A DNA stretch of 64,000 nt, from contig CM074511.1 in NCBI GenBank assembly GCA_037379345.1, forward strand, positions 14,322,001-14,386,000, in the 5' to 3' direction. The number at the start of each line of letters is the position of its first letter. Positions within the stretch are counted from its first letter, which is position 1. The notes under the pieces are model-generated. The model ran no database searches. It saw nothing but the letters and a program-made list of their open reading frames with translations, and had not been told where the DNA came from. The position numbers were made by a program, and so were the translations under genes. Below, in pieces: positions 12,126 through 26,584 of this stretch. The stretch comes from Perna viridis (lineage: Eukaryota).

Positions 12126-15100
12126 TAATGTCAAGATCCAAGCTGACATTGACAGATTGTCCAACGCTCCCAGTGATCACCGTTTTTTGTCGTTTGTGCA
12201 CAGCAAATATATCGGAGGATGGACTCAATTATCTAGACTAGGACTAGAAGGTGTGCACCAGGCTGAACAAAAATCTTTTTACAGGGTATCTTCCCAAGAA
12301 AGCATTTTCCTCTGCTTTTAGTATACAAGTATGAGTGGTTGTACATCTGAGAAAAACAACAAAATTGAAATGGTTTACTTTTTTACCATAACAAGGCTAT
12401 TTTTGTGGGTCACAATAAATCGTGCATTATTCATCGAATATCTCATCACATTTTGTTTATACTTTCCTGTGGTTATTTGTGATTTTATTTATTTATCTAT
12501 TTACCTTGTTCGTCATTGATTTATGTGTGTATATCTGATTTTTAGTCACAGTGTAATTACTAAAAGAGTGAAACTTGCTTAAAAAGGCATAATCAAACAT
12601 TAAATACAGTTTCCTTTAAACTTCTAAAACAAAGTTTTATACATAGATGCATTTAAAAAAACAACCTTGGTTTATTGGTTTAATTTAATCATTCATAGGA
12701 CCACATAGCCTCTGTACAGAATTGTTTAACAAATATGTATGTTTTGTCATAACTGTTTCTTTTCTTTTCTCGTAGTAACTGATGCAAGCAATCAAGTCGG
12801 ATTCAACGCAAAGTAACCTCGAGGACAACCACTGCTCGCTGAAATAATGACTGTAGTGATCATGCACTGTCAAAATACAACTGAGGAAAACAAAAAGTGC
12901 CTACTTAAACGCTTATTTTGTTTTACTTAGTAATATTTTGACCAAATCAATACTTAAAATGTTCATTAAAACACAATTTGTCTAACTCAACATTAAAATA
13001 CGTTGTCTTAAAACAGTAAAGCAACTATAGTGTTGAGTAGGACACAAAATATCTAACACAACGTTTTGTCTACCACCACACAAAAAGTGTTGACGTAAAC
13101 ATTGTTTTACTAACTCAACATAAAAGTATTGACTTAGCCAAAAAATGTCTACATAAACACTTATTTTTTTAGAATGACAAAAAAATGACTGATGCAACAT
13201 TTTTTTACCGTTGTGGTGGACAAAATTTATTTCTCATAGACATATAATGCGTTGATTGAGACATTTTATGTTTGTATCAGTCAAAAACCGACTGTGGATT
13301 GTCATGTCAATCTTTATTTTGTCTAGTAGTAAATGTGTTCGGGCATACAAATAGTAATTTTCGACCGCACTATTTTGAATAATGGCAAAGTATACAACCA
13401 ACCCACTTGTTTATTCGGCCGTGCGATGGCCAGTATTATTTTACATGTTCATTTCTTGTTGCGGATATTTAATACATCTTCAACTGACAAAAATAACGCA
13501 GAGTTTACATGAGTATATGGCCACCCACATGGCAAATGGAAGCATGAGAGGAGTAATTAATCTTCGCAAAAGCAATGTTGTCATAGCACGACACTTTTCA
13601 GGTCAAAGAGTAGAATTAATTCACGAGGATTGAACCTTTTTCGTGGGATATCTTATCCGTTATAATACATGCTTTTATTTTTATTACTGTTGAGTAAATT
13701 TGTGATTATTGTGGTCACTTTTCACTTTGCTTGTACCCTTATTTTTAAACAAGTTATTAAAAAGATAATAAATTGGAAAGAGTGAATAACAAATATAAGA
13801 CCACGTATGCCGAAGAACGGCTAGATTTAGCGAGTGTGCGGAATATGTTCCGCGTACGATTTTAATATTCAAGCGTTCATGGACAAGTAACTATATTTTG
13901 GTTATGCACGGTGACCAATTCATTATTCTAGTTATTATATCGATTTCACTATTTTCAATATTACTTATTCTTGTTACGGCGTTTCTTGGGAGAAAGTGCG
14001 AGCAAATTATCAAATTTATTTCCAAATATGAATTGTCGAATTTATATTCGGAAGTACATTCTGTAACACAAGGAACATTCCATAAATCACTCCTATCTAT
14101 GTAATAAATAATTTATACCAACAACATTATGAAAAAAACCTGTGCTTTACTCACAATGAAATATATAGATATTAGTTACAGAATTTTACAACATACGAAA
14201 AAAATAGAAATAACTATGGGATGATTTACTTGGTCATGCTGTACAAGTTTATCGATAAACAAACTTAGATGAAACGATTTGGTGCATTGTTTTCTCCTTT
14301 GGTGAAATTATAGGCCAGACTGGTCAGACAGCGGATATTGGGCACGCCTTTCTCATGTGATCGAAACTGTTCTTCAAATGAATGATAATATGATAATTAC
14401 GGCTGATATGAACTGGGACTCAATTGCAACAAAAACAATATGTTATTGATATACTCCATGTACGGATCGTTCTAAAACCCTGTCAAATCTCCTACAAGAT
14501 TGTATTTAATGTAACGATATTTTGCAGATAACAACATCTATAATCATGATGCACCAATGATATTTTTTGAAATGAATGTTTTGAGTATAGATCTCCAAAA
14601 CCGGCCAAGAACATAGTTCTTCTTCAATTTAATTGGATGTTCCTCAAGATTAGCTATTCTCACTGGAATGCTTTTTATGAGTGAGTCCACAAATGTTGGG
14701 GCCTCTAAAAGATTCCCCTTCTCTACAACCAAAGGTTGTGATATAGAATATGTCGTATCAATTTGTTCACTGTTTTATTCACAGATGCATTTAAAAAAAA
14801 TCATCAAATCATTAAAATCTTTGTATGAAAAAAAAAACAGTTTAAACTAGGAGTCCATGGGCTGGGAGGGTCCACCGTGCACCCCCACTCATCAACTTCA
14901 TGGTAATTTTTGGGTACCTTAATACCTCCTATTACCGAATCAATTTGTCGCCAAAGAATATTCTCTGATTCTTTTTCAGTATAAGCCTATATTTTTACCC
15001 CACTGGGTAAAAAAGCCTAGATTTTTGTGCCTCAATTGTTTGAGCGTCATAGCCTTCCTGTGATAGCATGTGTGGACAAACTAAACAACTAAACAAATTA

Positions 15101-15878
15101 AGACATCATTGTATAGCCCAATGTCTCAGCCTTACAGTGGTACCAAGAAAATTGCGGTAACACTTGGGTTTTTGCGGTAAAATGAAAAAAATGTACCCCT
15201 ACCCCGCCGAAAAACGCTTAAATTGACATATTTTTCAATGTCAAAACCCCTAGAATATTTATGCTTAAGTAAAAAATGGCTTATTTGGTATTTTCTGTTT
15301 AGCATTATCACAATTTATACTTCTAGGGTTCTTTTGATGATTTTTGGCGATTTTTTCGTGGTCAGAATTTATCAAACAAAGCGAAAAATTGGATTTTCGA
15401 TTTTTCGGTCAAAAGTCACATAAATTCGACTTTACAAGTTATTGCTCCACTAAACCGTCTCAAATTTGGCATCATTCGATAGATAATTTAATTTCCCACA
15501 TAAATAAACCACGAAAAATTAATCTTTTTAAGAAAGAATTTTCAAAAAATGATAAAAATATTACCCCTACCCCTAGAAAACTGGTCTTAGTATCAAACAG
15601 AATTCTCATTCACAGCATATTGACATTGTAGATCTCATATTTCAGGCATCCATAATTAAGATAATGATATACCTAACATATCTGATCAATATAGGCGCTT
15701 AGACTTTTTTTTATTGACATTACTACAAGATCGGAAAAAGGGGAATTTTCAGAATTTTAGACTTTTCTACTATATCTTCCGATATTGATTTTGGTGCTAT
15801 CATATGCTAAATGCCAAGCTGTATTTTTTTTTATTTTAAAACCTTTACTTCAACGGACAAAAAAAATGGTTTTTGTAG

Positions 15879-18800
15879 TCATCACAAGTGTCTAACTGGA
15901 GCACAGAGGACAGCAAAGAAGCTCCTTTGGAAAATATTAACACAGCCTTGTCATTGTTGTCAAATGGAAAGAAAAGCCCTTTGAAATATCAGATTCGAAA
16001 TGATATAAACAACTTGAAGCAATCGTCTAGGAGGGCTCTGAAACGCAAGGCACAAAGTGCTGTTACTGCTTTACTTGAAAGTCTGGCTCCAGGTCAAAGT
16101 ACAGAACTGCTGGATTTCATTCAAGGAGAACAAAGTGAAACAGACCCACCTTTGTCTAACCTAAAGTATACTATTGTAAAACTTTACAACAACACAAATG
16201 ATTGACTTGTGAAAAAGCAATTGCTGTCAATGTTGGCTAAAGACCACACCAAAAAACAGCTAATGGAAATGATGCCCTGTTTGTCAACCTACAGCATTGA
16301 TCAGGCACGCCTGCATGCTTCTATATACGGAGAAGGTAAATTAGTGCACTCTTGACAGAAAAAAAGTCTACAGTTTGCTTATTCCATTATTGAATTTGTG
16401 TTAGAAATTCATCCCAGTTACTTTATTCTTAATTAATCCATGCACCTACCCTCTTTATGGTAAGGAAACATATTGTTTTTTTTTATTTTATCCATCAGTC
16501 ACATTTATATTTACAACTCCTCTAGAACTATTCAACCGAATCTCATTAAAATTGGTATGTAACTCTGACTCCATGTGTAGTTGTGCATATTAATAGGAAT
16601 TTTTATTCTCAAAATGTGAGAATGTGAGTTATGTCCCTTTGAACATATAGCTTTTCCATAATTAAATGATACAAATCGAAACAGAGTGAAGCGAAACTAA
16701 ATTGATTTTAAAAAAATCTTTCAAGACGTTTCGCAAATTATAAGAAAAATAACGTTTACCAATGCCTGATAATTCGACCCAAAGACATTTCGGACCATAA
16801 CAACCAATAATTCCTTATGAATGCCGACATTTTGGTCCATAGACATATCAGACCATGACAATTAGTATAATACTTTAGGACATATATTATTACAACCTTT
16901 ACCATATTTGAAGGTTATAAGTATAATATATCAAATCAGAGCTGACAAGAATGATCAAAGTTGTTTTCTACTTATTGTTTCTAAAGGAGCGTTAAAAGGT
17001 TTCACCTTCATCCTACAATTATGTCATAGTGTGGTACATGTAGTTCATATTCTTAAAGTTTTTTTTGTGCTTTGTAGGTGCTCAAGTTCCAAAGCCAGTA
17101 AAGCGGTGCAGAGAAAGGATGGATCAGGAAAAATTGGCCTATGCACTTGATTTTCTTTGTAACCCTCTATTTCATCCAGTAAACTATAGATAATGTATAA
17201 TATGACAACTGAAAGTCAGTTTTTTCATTGTCACATTCATTTGCTTAAATATTGGTATGACCATGTTTAATTCCAGCAACAGGTTACCTTTTTTAAAATC
17301 ATTTTTATTTACTAATAAAAATTTGGTTACCAACAAATTTTAATGCACTTATATAAACAGTGTACTATTTAACAATTCAACAAATTTCAGCTGTACTTGT
17401 ACTCCACTTTTAAAGCTATTAAGAAGGCAGAAAATGTCAGTTATGTTAGCTCATATATTTTGGAAGTAACTTATATCCCACACTATATACATATTGTTCA
17501 CAGGTTAGCTCTTATGGCACAAAGGAGATGAAACTTGATAGTGGTGAGAGAATTGAAATACCAGAGGTTGTCAGAACGATATGCCATGCCAATCTGATTC
17601 ACATGTATAAAGCCTTTTGTAAAGAGTCAAATTTTGAACCTCTGTCAGAGTCATCTTTGTTCCAAATATTGCATGTGTGTCCTGCATCTAAAAGAACCAG
17701 TCTTACAGGACATGATAACATCTCAGCTGATGGTGCTGCAGCCTTTGATACCATTGATAGAGTTATTAGTCAAATAAAGACATATATTACTGAGTAAGGA
17801 TGGATTTCTATTTTTACACTTTTTTCTGAATAATAAATTTTGTGCTGCTGTAGTTCATAATGAATTGCAAATTCCTATGATTAAGTGTATCAAGAACTAG
17901 TGTTGTGTCTTCACTTTCGCAAAGTAAAGCTAGTTATAAATGCTTTTTGATGTATTTTGTAGTTTGAATGTGATTGACAGCCTCAAAAAGATTTAAGATG
18001 ATGCTCAAGTATGCAAGTTGTATATAAAGACTGACTTTAAGCTCCACTTGACACTTGAAGACACTTGAATGCCCTGTCCGATCCCCTGGATAGTAATTTG
18101 CGAGTAGCATGTTTACATGTCCATGACATGAAGTGTGATCGATGTGAACTTTTCCCTGTTTCCATGATGAAGCTAAAGAAAATCCTCACAGAATTGCAAG
18201 GTATTGATATGATCATGTCTAGTGCAACTTATTTTGTTTTGCTTTTTTATCTAAAACTGTAAAAAGAAGGTAAGTTTCAATTGAAATTTAATAAATTAAT
18301 CACATAATTTGCATATTATTCCAAGGTTAAATAAGCATATTACTGGTATTGTGAAATTATGAATAGACCAAAAGTGAAAATATAATTGTCTTCTTTTGTA
18401 AATCATTGTGATGGTCTTTTTATTGCTTTGTTTGGTTTTAATAGTGTTTGAGAAAAAGAAAGAATATTGTATCTATACTATCTTTTTTCCTTTTTTGTGG
18501 ACAGATTTTCCAGAAGAGTTACAAAATGAACTCCTCAGAGACATAGAGCTATCCGAGTCACACATCATGTCTTGGAGACAACATGTAATTAGATGTTATA
18601 ACCAAGACCGTGGACGCACTTCACTTCTTGATAAGATGAAGCCCAATGAGGTATTGATATTAATGGATTGGGCCATGAAGTTTTTGCCATTATCATTCAG
18701 GGAGAAACAGTCAGAATGGTTTGGCCAAAAGGGTCTAAACTGGCATGTTTGTGTATGCGTATTCAAAGACAATGAACTGAATCTTAAGGTACCATTGTTA

Positions 18801-21800
18801 CAAGTTTATAAAGTTAATCCAAAATTTCTTTTAACTTTATATAAAGAGCTCTTAACTGACATTCTTTCATACTTCAAAACAAAAATTTGGGGTCATGTAA
18901 ATCTTTTTTCTTACACAATTAGAAAAAAAACAACTAAATTTCGCTTTACAATTCTTTAGAAAATTTTCCTACCCATTATCTCCCCTTAGAAAGGATTTTA
19001 CAGCCAATTATCTCCCGTTGAAAGGGGCTTTGTAAAAAAAAATGTTTTTAATTTTACCATTCTAGTTTAAATGTAAAAAAAACAATTTGAAATAATTTAG
19101 ATATATTATTTATACATCATTTCGAATACTATTAGTTAATAGAAAATATATATTTATAAGGTAGTATATACTTATAAAAAATAAAAAAAAAGGTATAATA
19201 TAATGTGGATTAAGGAGTATTGTATTTTATATTTACAGCATAGGACTTATGTACACGTTTTTGATTTTGTTCGACAAGAGTGGTTTGCTGTTGCTTCCAT
19301 TCTTGAGCATACTTTGCCTTAAAGGACCAACTACCGCATTTGACGACAGCAATTATAAGGAGTGACAATGCAGGTTGCTATCACTGTGCCAGTCTTTGGT
19401 CATCACTTCACTGTATTTTAGAAAGAACAGGTAAATCTTGTAATGAAATAAGATAGTATAAATAAGCAAGTTTCATAAGAATAATTATTAGAAATATAAC
19501 TTAGAAGGCTTCTATGACCGGGTTTCATAAAAAAAATGATACATCTTCAGTCTTTCCTCAAATCTTCAATTTCAAGTGATTTTATTGGCTGAAATTTGAG
19601 TTGTGGAAGGATTTAAGGAAAACCTCAATTTGAGATTCTTATTGAAAGTGGATCGAGGAGTGATTCTTGAAATTAATAATTTTGGAGGACAATTTTTCTC
19701 AAACTTTTAAAACTGAACATCAAAGTTTATATTCTTGCAATGGCTGACAAACTGATGAAATATAAAAATACTAAAAATGTGCCAAAATTGCTTTTGTAGT
19801 TTCAAAAAATAAACTTCGGATTTTTACCTTAAAGCACACTAAATATTTTTTGGAAACATTTAAAGATAAAACAATTTAATGTATGGTTGGTGTCAGGGAT
19901 TGTATTTCAACTTTTTGCAAATGAATTCAGAATTTCTCAGTATGTCATGCATTCACACTGATTTGTTTGTATTGTGGTCAAAATTGTTACATGTTTTTTT
20001 ATCTTTCAACTTCTATCTAGCATCAAAGATATGTACATTACTGTCAGGTCTTTATATCAGAAGGTACGATTTTAGCGAATCACAGAATGGGAAGTCATAT
20101 TGTGACGCAAAGGTTGCCCATATGAGGAGCAAAATCCGGCAGTTTGTGTCAGCTGGAAATGATGTGAAGACGACCAGTGAGATGAAGACAGCCTTAGATT
20201 CACTTGGGGGAGTAGCAGGATGCCAGATTGCCCACGTTGATATAAGTGATGAAAAATATAATAGACCAAAGAGCACATAGAAAGGAATTACAAAAATCTC
20301 AAACATAGAACTGAGGTATGGATTTTATGGAATTATTTAGTACTGTTGTCCTGTATTTGTTTCTGTGCATTTACGTAGCCCCACTTACCATCTACAGATA
20401 TGTGGTTTTAGTGTAGTTATCGTTCCCAAACCAAGTCACACCTAAGACATTAAAATTAGTTGTCACCAATGGAAATCTTAAGCCTTACCATGCTGGAACC
20501 GTATATATATATATGGTCATGGGCTGTCTTTCTGATTTTTGGGTTCTGGCAAGTTTATTTTTAGCTTTTGAAATCAACTTTTGATTTCATATGCAAGCAG
20601 AGTAAATGTGCTTTAAAATGAGCTATATTATACATTTTTTTTGTAGCAAAAATAGGGGCTTGAGAGCAGAACAAGAGGTCATGAGTTAAGAAGGCCACAA
20701 CAAATTGTGATTTTTTTAGGGGTAGTGATCAATTTGCGGCCTCTAACAACAGCAGAATGGATCCATTGTGCTTCATTTCACTTGATTTCTACAGAATAAT
20801 GATGTCTTTCACCTCTCCAACGATGTCAACCCCATATACTAAGAGTCAATCTGAAGCCAAAAATTGCAAAAAATATTCAAATCTTCTCATGAATGACTCT
20901 TCTGGGGCCCCCTGACCTTCCACTTACGACTGTAATGAACAATGTTTGGCTTAAATTATCATCAGAGGGAACAAGCTTTTGAAAAATTGCACTTTGGACA
21001 CTGCCTTACCCCTGGTGAGCGCCACATCCGATGAAAATGACCAAAAATTACCATTTTCAGGCAACAGACCCATTTTCCCATGCATGCTCATACACCCTCT
21101 CGTCACTTCATCACCCCATACACCCCACCCTGTGATCAACTACGTTTAACTTATATAAAACAATAAGCATCAGCACCATGATGCAATTAATTTGCATATA
21201 ATTTGCATAAGTTTGCAAAATATAGAAATCTAGACATTTGTTCAAACAATTCAGCATAGTGAGTGTTAATTGTTTTGTTTTAAAACCAATACTGGTGCAC
21301 TGACATTGATGTAATGTGCCCCATGTTATGACGTTTTCAATTTTTAATTCATGATTGTCAACAGAATGAGCTTACTAGAATGCACAAATTATTGTCTTCA
21401 GCTGCAATATGTTACTTGTACTTAAAATTTGTAAAGTAACCTAGATATCTTTTATGGTTTTTAGGGATAACCAAATTATATCATGGAAATCTTTTGAGAT
21501 TGGAAAAGGAAAAAACCACAGTGAAGAAGAATTAAAGAAAGCCTGTCCATCACCTCCATCATCTTTTAGACTTATCGTTCATAGAACATTCACTTTGCCA
21601 TCAAAAAAAGATGGTATGATTTCAATAAAGCAAAGAGTTGAGTTAAATGAACAGATTGGTGAAATACAAAATCCCGAGACAACATCTAAGCAAGAAACAA
21701 CAAGTGTTAACAGGATATTTTCTTGCATAGAACCTGGATGTTCGAGAGTTTTTCAATCTTTCTCGAATTTAGAATCTCACTTGTTTGCAAACACAGAATA

Positions 21801-22258
21801 GAAAAAAAACAGGCAATCTTCTTTTGACAATGTAAAAAATTAAATGGAAAGATTCTTGTTTAAACATAGTTGAACATTCTGTTTTATCCAAGAATATACA
21901 ATTGGACCATGGCACTTCATCAGCAGAAATGGGTTGGGCACTCAAAAAAGATAGGAAAAGCACACGCTTTGACGAAAGGACAAAAGACTACCTGAGAGGA
22001 ATTTTTGCAGGAGGGGAAGGTATTGGAAGAAAAGCCAATCCAGCTGACGTTGCTAGAAATATGAGAGTGTGTAGGGATGAATCAGGACAAAAAATGCTTT
22101 CTCCCTGTCAGGACCTGTTGCCAAGTCAAATTGCGTCATTTTTTTCAAGACTCTCATTTCAGTTTCGTCATCCAAGACCAACAGAGGAAGATGACCTAGA
22201 ATCTGCTATTCAAATGATAGATGTCATGGAAGCAATGCAAACTGTAAACTCTGATTAA
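15879..22258 (+). pseudogene. Intron-containing DDD transposase, Sola3-like, with C-terminal C2H2 finger; decayed
   Basis: About 8 exons (~15879-16335, 17079-17179, 17504-17792, 17962-18200, 18504-18789, 19239-19430, 20048-20314, 21465-22258). Motifs MDWAMKFLP..REKQSEWFGQKG.NWH, RSDNAGCYH, FSESQNGKSYCD, FSCIEPGC..F....LESH, MGWALKK. In-frame stops near 16203, 20278 and 21799, plus frameshifts. Superfamily call is from motif recall. Confidence 0.7.
20482..21265 (-). mobile_element. TTAA-flanked piggyBac-like MITE in a transposase intron
   Basis: TTAA at 20478-20481 and 21266-21269. Degenerate TIRs GCCTTACCATGCTG / CAGCATAGTGAGTG. Second copy at 3305-4040. Confidence 0.7.
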
Positions 22259-24823
22259 CAATTTTCATAAATGTTACTTTTGATTTACTTAATTTGATTC
22301 ATACCACCACTTGACTAGTGGAAGCAATATAAGAAAAATCTTGTCTGTCCATCCATTCATTGAAATTTCTTTGCCTTATCTTGTCTTTCAATTGAAGGAT
22401 TTAGGACATGACTTTATATAGATAAAGAATATGTTACATGTGGTTGTGGTTATTGTTTGTTGTCAATTTTCTTGTTTATTGGACTTTGATATATATGGAA
22501 TGATATAGAAAGTGTATTCATAAAAATATCTGCTCTGAATGGAATGAAGGATGTAAAAGTCGGAATATCACTTTATATAAATGGGAAACACATGTACATG
22601 TATGTGATTATGGTTGCTTTCTGGTAGAAATTTCAAGTTTATAGGAATTTTGCCATTTATTCACTATTTTGAATGATAGAAAATTTTTCAAAGTCTAGGC
22701 TGCAACTGAACAGATTTATTTCAATTCTTACTATTTTATGTGTAATGTATTAAGTGGTAAGGACACTTCGTTGATATGCTTATTTATGAGAAAAACAATT
22801 GAACATTTAAATTGGTTCAGTTATAATGATCTTATTGTACATTTGTATGATTGCATACTTCTATGGGTTTGTACAGGGATGTGTTTCCATAGCAACCATG
22901 GTATTAAAATGTGTTTATAAGGACTTGTTATATGTTCTGTCTGTTGTTAAACTGCATTATCAACTAACAAGATGAATTTAATACATAAATTGATGTCCTT
23001 AATTTGGTGGCATGGCATTTGCAAAAACAGAAAGTATTGGTATAAAAATGACTTTTTTTCAGAAAAATCTGAAGGCGGTTACATATTTTTATTTTTGATA
23101 TGTTGAAGGATAAAGATGAACAAACAAATATATCAGAGGAAATTTTGATATCCCCGTGTTCATAGGAGATATTAGATCACAAAAAAACTTGATTTTTCAT
23201 GTTTTTATAACAGTCAAAAAGACCGATTTTAGTTGTCATGGCAACTGCAGTTGCGCAAAAGATATTGATTGTCTACATATTTCATTTTATATACTAATTC
23301 TACTATTTTCCCCATATGATATACGATTTAACAAAAAAATGGTGTTTTTTCTGTAAATTTACTCCAAAAACACCCAGAGAAAATGAAGTTTTACAGACTC
23401 ATATAGCGGGGGTTGCTATGGAGGTTTATTTCCATAGCAACAACATGACTAACACATGTTTTTTTCATATTTTTCAATGTTTTGGACGAAAATGAAATAA
23501 ATTATAAGTAAAAAACCATTTTTATTGTCTATCAGTGTAGCACCTTTTGCTTGATTCTTGGACAGGTACTTAAAGTTTTACAAACGAAGAACGAATTTAT
23601 GAGGCATCTTGTCACCGAAACTCCTCGATTGGTTAAGTAACAAACTTATGATGAATTATTTGGTTGAGACGGTCACATTTGAACGTAAACAATGGAAATC
23701 TGACCGGAAAAGGTCAGCAAAAGTCTTATTTGTGTTTTTCAGTTATTGTAAACAATAGTTTTTTTTTCGGAAGAATTTTATGTTTAAAATGTGTTTGTGC
23801 TTTGATATCAGCTGTTTCCGTTCTCTTGATTAGCTTGCATAACTTTAAAAAGGGAATTGGTGGTCAACGGTTATAGCGATACTTTGTAGCACAACACATG
23901 ATTACTAAGGTTCCCTAATTCGTTTATGCTTGTTCGCATTTGAATTTTCTAACCATATGTTTATAATACAAATAGTAACTTATTATTTTTTAATTAATCT
24001 ATGAAACAGGGAATGTCATTTTAATTACAAAATTAACTGTGTTATTTCCATCTACAATCATGGCTACGTTAAATTATAGCACTTTTCATCTAACCTTTGT
24101 TGCAGTCCCAAAAAAGCAACGATTTTCGATGCCGAACAAATCAGCGAGCGATACTTAGCATAATCGTTTTTAAGCTAATCGGTTGAACTAAGAAACGATT
24201 TATTCTATTTTTACCTAGACATACATCATCACACTCATCCTATCACTACACGCTTCAATTAGATACAACCAGGAAGTTTGTTTTATTATTGATATTTGCA
24301 AACTGTAAGTACATCTATACTTCAGTATATCATGCCAGTTCGATGTGTGTTATATACATGGGATATGTGAAAACAACAGATCCACACTTCGATAGTATTG
24401 TACGTCCAACTTTTGTCATGATTTGTTCATGTTAGATTAGAGTTTAGTTCCTCTGATATGTGTTGTCATTTAGTTATACCCTAGACTGAATTTAAGGATT
24501 TACGTACTTAAGTTATGTGATATGTACAATTTCTTTCTTGTCTTACGTAGAAAATTAGTTACTATTGAAATTGGTGTTATTGCGATTCATCCTCACACTG
24601 GACGTGTATTATTTTATTTACTACATATAAATGATAATGTGCACAAAATAGTGCAAAATTGACCTTGATTTTTTTTTATTTTGTTGATGTTAGTTTTTAT
24701 TAGTGTTTACGTAACTGCTTTAAAGAACGAAGTAACAACTTCCTTGTTTGTTCTATCATTTTACCTGCTTTGATATTTTAATTCCTCATTTATTGTAGGT
24801 AACAGCATAGAAATTTAATACAT

Positions 24824-25267
24824 ATGGAAGTATTAAGTAAAACTGAACATACAGATGATGGTTATGGGCGTCAATATAGTGCAAAACATACCATTACAAT
24901 AACATACAAGCATCCAAAAGATATTCTTTTCAAATATGTGCACGTGGACGGAAAAGATTATGAAGACAGTTATAGAAACGAGACACTTACTATTGGTAAT
25001 ACGGAAATACAGTATCATTACGACTGGGGGAATTATTTTGTCTGGGAGTACGTAAAAATATCGCAAGATGGTTCAGAGAAAAGTTATGCTGAACAAGAAC
25101 ATGGCGCAGTCGATCCTTTAAAGACGAAAACTCGCGAAGAAGAAACTGGAAAAGAAGTTTTAATGCAGTTAAGCTCTGATCTTGGCATGTCTCATGAAAA
25201 TTTTATCAAAATGTGCTCATCTGATTTCCAAATTAATTGGGAAGTCTTGAAATTGTTTGGATTATAA
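24824..25267 (+). CDS. Uncharacterised 147-aa protein
   Basis: Clean ORF with globular-protein composition, a pyrimidine tract and AG acceptor just upstream (~24799), a candidate 5' non-coding exon donor GTAAGT at ~24305, and a decayed paralog immediately downstream. Confidence 0.65.
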   Translation: MEVLSKTEHTDDGYGRQYSAKHTITITYKHPKDILFKYVHVDGKDYEDSYRNETLTIGNTEIQYHYDWGNYFVWEYVKISQDGSEKSYAEQEHGAVDPLKTKTREEETGKEVLMQLSSDLGMSHENFIKMCSSDFQINWEVLKLFGL

Positions 25268-25714
25268 AACAAAAACATGTATACGAGTTAAATTTGCAAT
25301 AACTCTAAACTTGGTAACGGAAGTGGATGATGTATTCTTGTGATGTTCTTATATTATTCGTATACAAACATACGTCTTTATACTCTGCATGTTTTATATA
25401 TTCCAATAGGATGACATTGTTAAAATATACAACATAATTAAACTGCAGATGTCATCTTGCAAGAAGCAGGGACTGCTGATCTCTCCGGGATACCTTATGT
25501 CACCAGATATGTATTGTTCGTTTTTGTGTGTATTTCCTTCGTTTTTTTGAGTTGTGTAACTGGTTTTTTATCTGTTGTTTTTTTTTCTGTCCCAACTGAT
25601 TTTTCCACGGTATTTTGGAACTTCGGTGTTCCTGCGCTTATCGTCAATTTTAGTCTTTATACTTTTTTCGAACACTGTATGTAAGTGTCTTATGCAGAAA
25701 ATTGTTACCATTTT

Positions 25715-25980
25715 TGTATGAGAGTGGAGCAAGTTATACTGAACAAGAACAAGGCGCCGTGGACCCTTTAAAAAAATAAGCTCACAAAAGAGATGCTGGA
25801 AAAGCAGTTTAATGCTGTTAACTTCTTTGCTTGGCATGTAATATGAAACTTTGATAAAAATAAAGTGTTCATCTGACTTTGACATCAATAAGGATGTCTT
25901 GAAATTGTTCGGATTATAAAAGCAAGATGCATACGAGTAACATGCTATAATTCTAAACGCGTTAAGGATGTGGATAATGT
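25715..25980 (+). pseudogene. Decayed tandem paralog of the 3' half of the 24824-25267 gene
   Basis: AGTTATACTGAACAAGAACAAGGCGCCGTGGACCCTTTA and GTCTTGAAATTGTTCGGATTATAA match 25082-25267, and similarity runs into the 3' UTR. Frameshifted. Confidence 0.8.
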
Positions 25981-26584
25981 TTTAATGCCGATTTAAAGAG
26001 ATTCTTCCACGAAATTATTTCCTTCTATTCGCGCTTTTTTTGTTCATTATATTTTTATCAGAATATGTATCCAAACATTTTTGTGTTTCCTAGAACATAT
26101 TTTATACGCGTAAATAATTTTATTATAGATATAATTTTTGTATGTATTGAAAAGGTACCAGATTCCCCGATCGTTGTCCCGATAATCGGTTAAAGTATAT
26201 AAGGTTTCAGAATCCGATTTTCAGCTTCTTTTTCCCTAGTTTTGTCTCCTGAACAGATCGATATCATAGATTTAATTTATGATTAGTTGATGAAGATTTC
26301 ACTGAATCATTATGACTTTACATCTAAAACACTTTCTATGCTTTTCAAGTTTTTCACAGAGCATAAGTCAAAAGCTTTTTATTTGGAACATATTCACAAA
26401 ATTGACCTTGTTTGTTTTTAACAATGTTTGGTGCAAAATTGGTCAATTTTTATGGATTCCAGTTTGGTCAATTGTTCTCATTTTCTTGGAATCTCTCCAT
26501 CCAGAAACTGACAGATTTGCTGAATAAATAAACGTTTACACCTCCCTTTTCTCCTTTTATTTGAGATAAATTTGATCCGTTATA

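Noticed and set aside
12029-12241. ORF with a poly-His tract
   Set aside because: The His run is the (CAT)n tail of a LINE.
12860-13380. Possible CACTA-like element with short internal repeats
   Set aside because: Could not identify matching termini or a TSD.
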